Origin: Azolla caroliniana
Lineage: Eukaryota > Plantae > Polypodiophyta
Assembly (NCBI GenBank): GCA_043228905.1
Contig: JBHGNT010000021.1
Span: 10,044,001 to 10,108,000, forward strand
DNA: 64,000 nt
Direction of reading: 5' to 3'
In this document: piece after piece, positions 61,652 to 64,000 of the stretch
How positions within the stretch are numbered: position 1 is the first letter of the stretch
Layout: every line of letters starts with the position of its first letter
Program-made: the position numbers and the translations under genes
Notes under the pieces: model-generated
Seen by the model: only the letters and a program-made list of their open reading frames with translations
The model's database searches: none
Told to the model about the DNA's origin: nothing

Positions 61652-62270
61652 ACATTGATGGACCCGAGCGTGTCCCAAATCTCCTTTATTTTGGTGATGT
61701 AATCCATAACCGACATATCTCTCTGCCGGATGTTGTTTAGCTCTTGCCGAAGCTGCAACTTACGGGTTGTGGTACTGGCGGCGAAAATCTTCTGAAGTTT
61801 TTCTCAGGCCTCCTTCGGCATTTTTGCATCCTTGATGTAGCCGAGCATCTGATCATGCACATAGGACGCGAGGGCAGTAAAGCACTCTACTTGCTCCTTG
61901 TTCCCATGCTGGGAAGTCCTTGTGTGCCGACTCCAATGCTACCTCGTTAGTTCCTTCCACATAGCTCCAATATCCATGCCCCATCAGGTATTGGTGCATT
62001 TTATAAGACTAGGACGCATAGTTGCTTCGGTCAAGCTTTTCTGTGGGAAGCGAACTTGCCATATGTTTGTCCATCTCAATCCTCTTTTGTTCTTCACTGG
62101 GTATTAGGGTTTGTCTTCGAAAGCGTTTGTTGGCTACAGAGGAGTCTCAACCCTCGCGCTCTGATACCATGTGAAAGTTAGCGTGCGGAAGCTTTGACAA
62201 GACCGGTTTAGTCGGGTAGCGAAAGGGAATAAACATATATTCAATGGAAGCTAAAGAAATTCCACACGAG
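61652..62270 (-). mobile_element. Copia F remnant (gag start, PBS, partial LTR), relative of E
   Basis: LQLRQELNNIRQRDMSV gag; PBS at 62169-62158; LTR edge TGTGAAAG at 62170. Confidence 0.75.
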
Positions 62271-62274
62271 AGTG

Positions 62275-62483
62275 GAAAGGGAAATCGGTCGGAAGCTAAA
62301 GGCGGTTCAAGTGGACAACATAGGAGAATAGCGGGTAAAGTTCGAGGAGTACTGCCGGTTGAAGGGAATCCAACTCGAATTTACCGAGCCGAAGACACCG
62401 GAGCTGAATGGACTGGCCAAAAGGATGAACCAGACTGTGATGGAGAAAGTCCGGAGCATGCTGGAACATGCTAAGTTGTCCAA
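62275..62483 (+). pseudogene. Copia integrase fragment
   Basis: TEPKTPELNGLAKRMNQTVMEKVRSML. Confidence 0.7.
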
Positions 62484-64000
62484 TGCTGAGAAACGAATCG
62501 TCAATCCACTAGAAAAAGAATATGCTGAAATACACAACTCTAAAGCACAGAAAACAGTGTACATAGATTTAACGTAGAAAACCCTAAAGTGAGAGAAAAC
62601 CACGGAGGACGGAGCTTCATTATACAGTGGATATACAACAACAAGATCAGAGTACAACACTCTCCCTACACAGAGTGTAAACAACCTCTCAGGGCTCTTG
62701 GTGTATGCTGTTACTAAACACAACTATGGTGCCGCTCACTCTCTCACACACACACTCTTCTCTATCGCGCTACACTATTTACAATCATGGCCATTATTAT
62801 TATCCAATAATAATAGTCTTACTAATCAGCCGACTCATTCGTCGATTGTCAAGTTGATCCGACTAGTTGACCTGGTCATCGATCATCTGGTTGGCCCGAC
62901 TAGTCGGTCGTGTCTTCGACCTCGATCAACTCTCTCTGAGAGGACTCCTCAACCATCTTCTCTCATCCGATCAGTCGGCTGCTCCCTGTCTTCGACTACT
63001 GGCTCTCTCCAAGCAGTCGGCTGCTCCCAATGGAGGGACATATTCCTAACAAACTCCCCCTTCACACCTGTGGGAGGAGTCCGTTATTCTTGTCCCCTGT
63101 CGACAGACTCTAAGTCAGTCCATTGGTAGGTTCTTTGTTAGCATGTCGGATCCATTGTCATTAGTATGGATCTTCACAAGGGTAAACTCTCCTTCTTCGA
63201 TTTTCTCCCGTAGCCAGCGATACTTTCTCTATATGTGCTTGGTCCGGGAGTGGTATGCAGCATTCTTGGCTAGCTGTATGGCACTCTGGCTATCACAGTG
63301 AAGCAAGAAATCATTTTGCTTCATCCCCAACTCGTTGAGAAAGTTTCTCATCCAAATCAGCTCCTTGTTGGCCTCTACCGCTGCCATGTACTCTACCTCT
63401 ATGGTCGACAAGGCCACAGACTTATGTAGTTGTGTCTGCCATGACACTACTCCCCCTACATAGGTCATCACGTACCCTGATGTGGATTGGCTTGAGTCTA
63501 CATCCCCCGACATGTCCGAGTCGGTAAACCCTTCAAGCATGGGTTTTCTGACACCATACTTAAGACACACACTCGAGGTGCCTTTTAAATGCCCAGTGTT
63601 CTCATCCTGGATTACTCATGTATTGGCTTACTGTTCCCACAACAAATGTTATGTCTGGTCTCGTACAGACCATATCATACATTAAGCTGCGGATAGCTCG
63701 TTGTGTCGAATAACTTTCACCTGGCTTCGAATAATCAATACGTCCTACATCATCTCCTTCCATAAGGCAAAGTTTTTGCCGTTATATTTTATGATTTCAA
63801 CTCCTGTTCCGGATGTTGAAGCCATGTTCTTCTTTGAAAGTGAGATTTTTACTGACTTGGTCTTTTTCCTTTCATCTTTTATGTTGTTTGTTGCCGATGA
63901 GCTGCAAGTCGCTCTGATACCAGTTGAAGATCAAATGTGCGGAAATGTATGTGTGAGGACCTGTTGTATGTGCTTAGCAAACAACACAAAAGGGAGGCAA
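62484..64000 (-). mobile_element. Heavily deleted or chimeric Copia remnant G
   Basis: LTR ~62484-63051 with PPT GGGGGAG; RNase H GFTDSDMSGD...HSRTKHI; gag start MASTSGTG near 63826; PBS at 63922-63911; the LTR beyond 63925 does not match the first. Confidence 0.72.

Overview
Eukaryotic land-plant genomic DNA: spliceosomal introns, CCCTAAA telomere motif and plant Copia/Gypsy elements. A seed-free plant such as a fern or lycophyte is only a guess. 0.25-14.4 kb holds one complete 13-exon minus-strand gene for a DNAJC11/AtJ13(OWL1)-type J-domain chaperone (553 aa, assembled by hand). It has one GC-AG intron and a 7.3-kb intron containing a decayed Copia and a LINE fragment. 15.5-64 kb is a deep nest of LTR retrotransposons: a chromovirus, a Tat/Ogre-like family with an extra coiled-coil ORF, a CCGG-targeting Gypsy family, two very young Tnt1/Tork-like Copia copies (one intact with apparently identical LTRs) and several older Copia. 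The most unusual signal is in the Tat/Ogre-like family. In two separate copies the polypurine tract is replaced by a tRNA-Arg-like 3' half ending in CCA, which acts as a second, opposite-strand primer-binding site. Other highlights are a reconstructed G-GAT-TTT -1 frameshift between gag-protease and RT, 4-bp CCGG target preference, a tRNA-like Pol III cassette inside chromovirus LTRs, and a telomere-repeat repair scar in one LTR. All coordinates and comparisons were made by eye; no searches were run.
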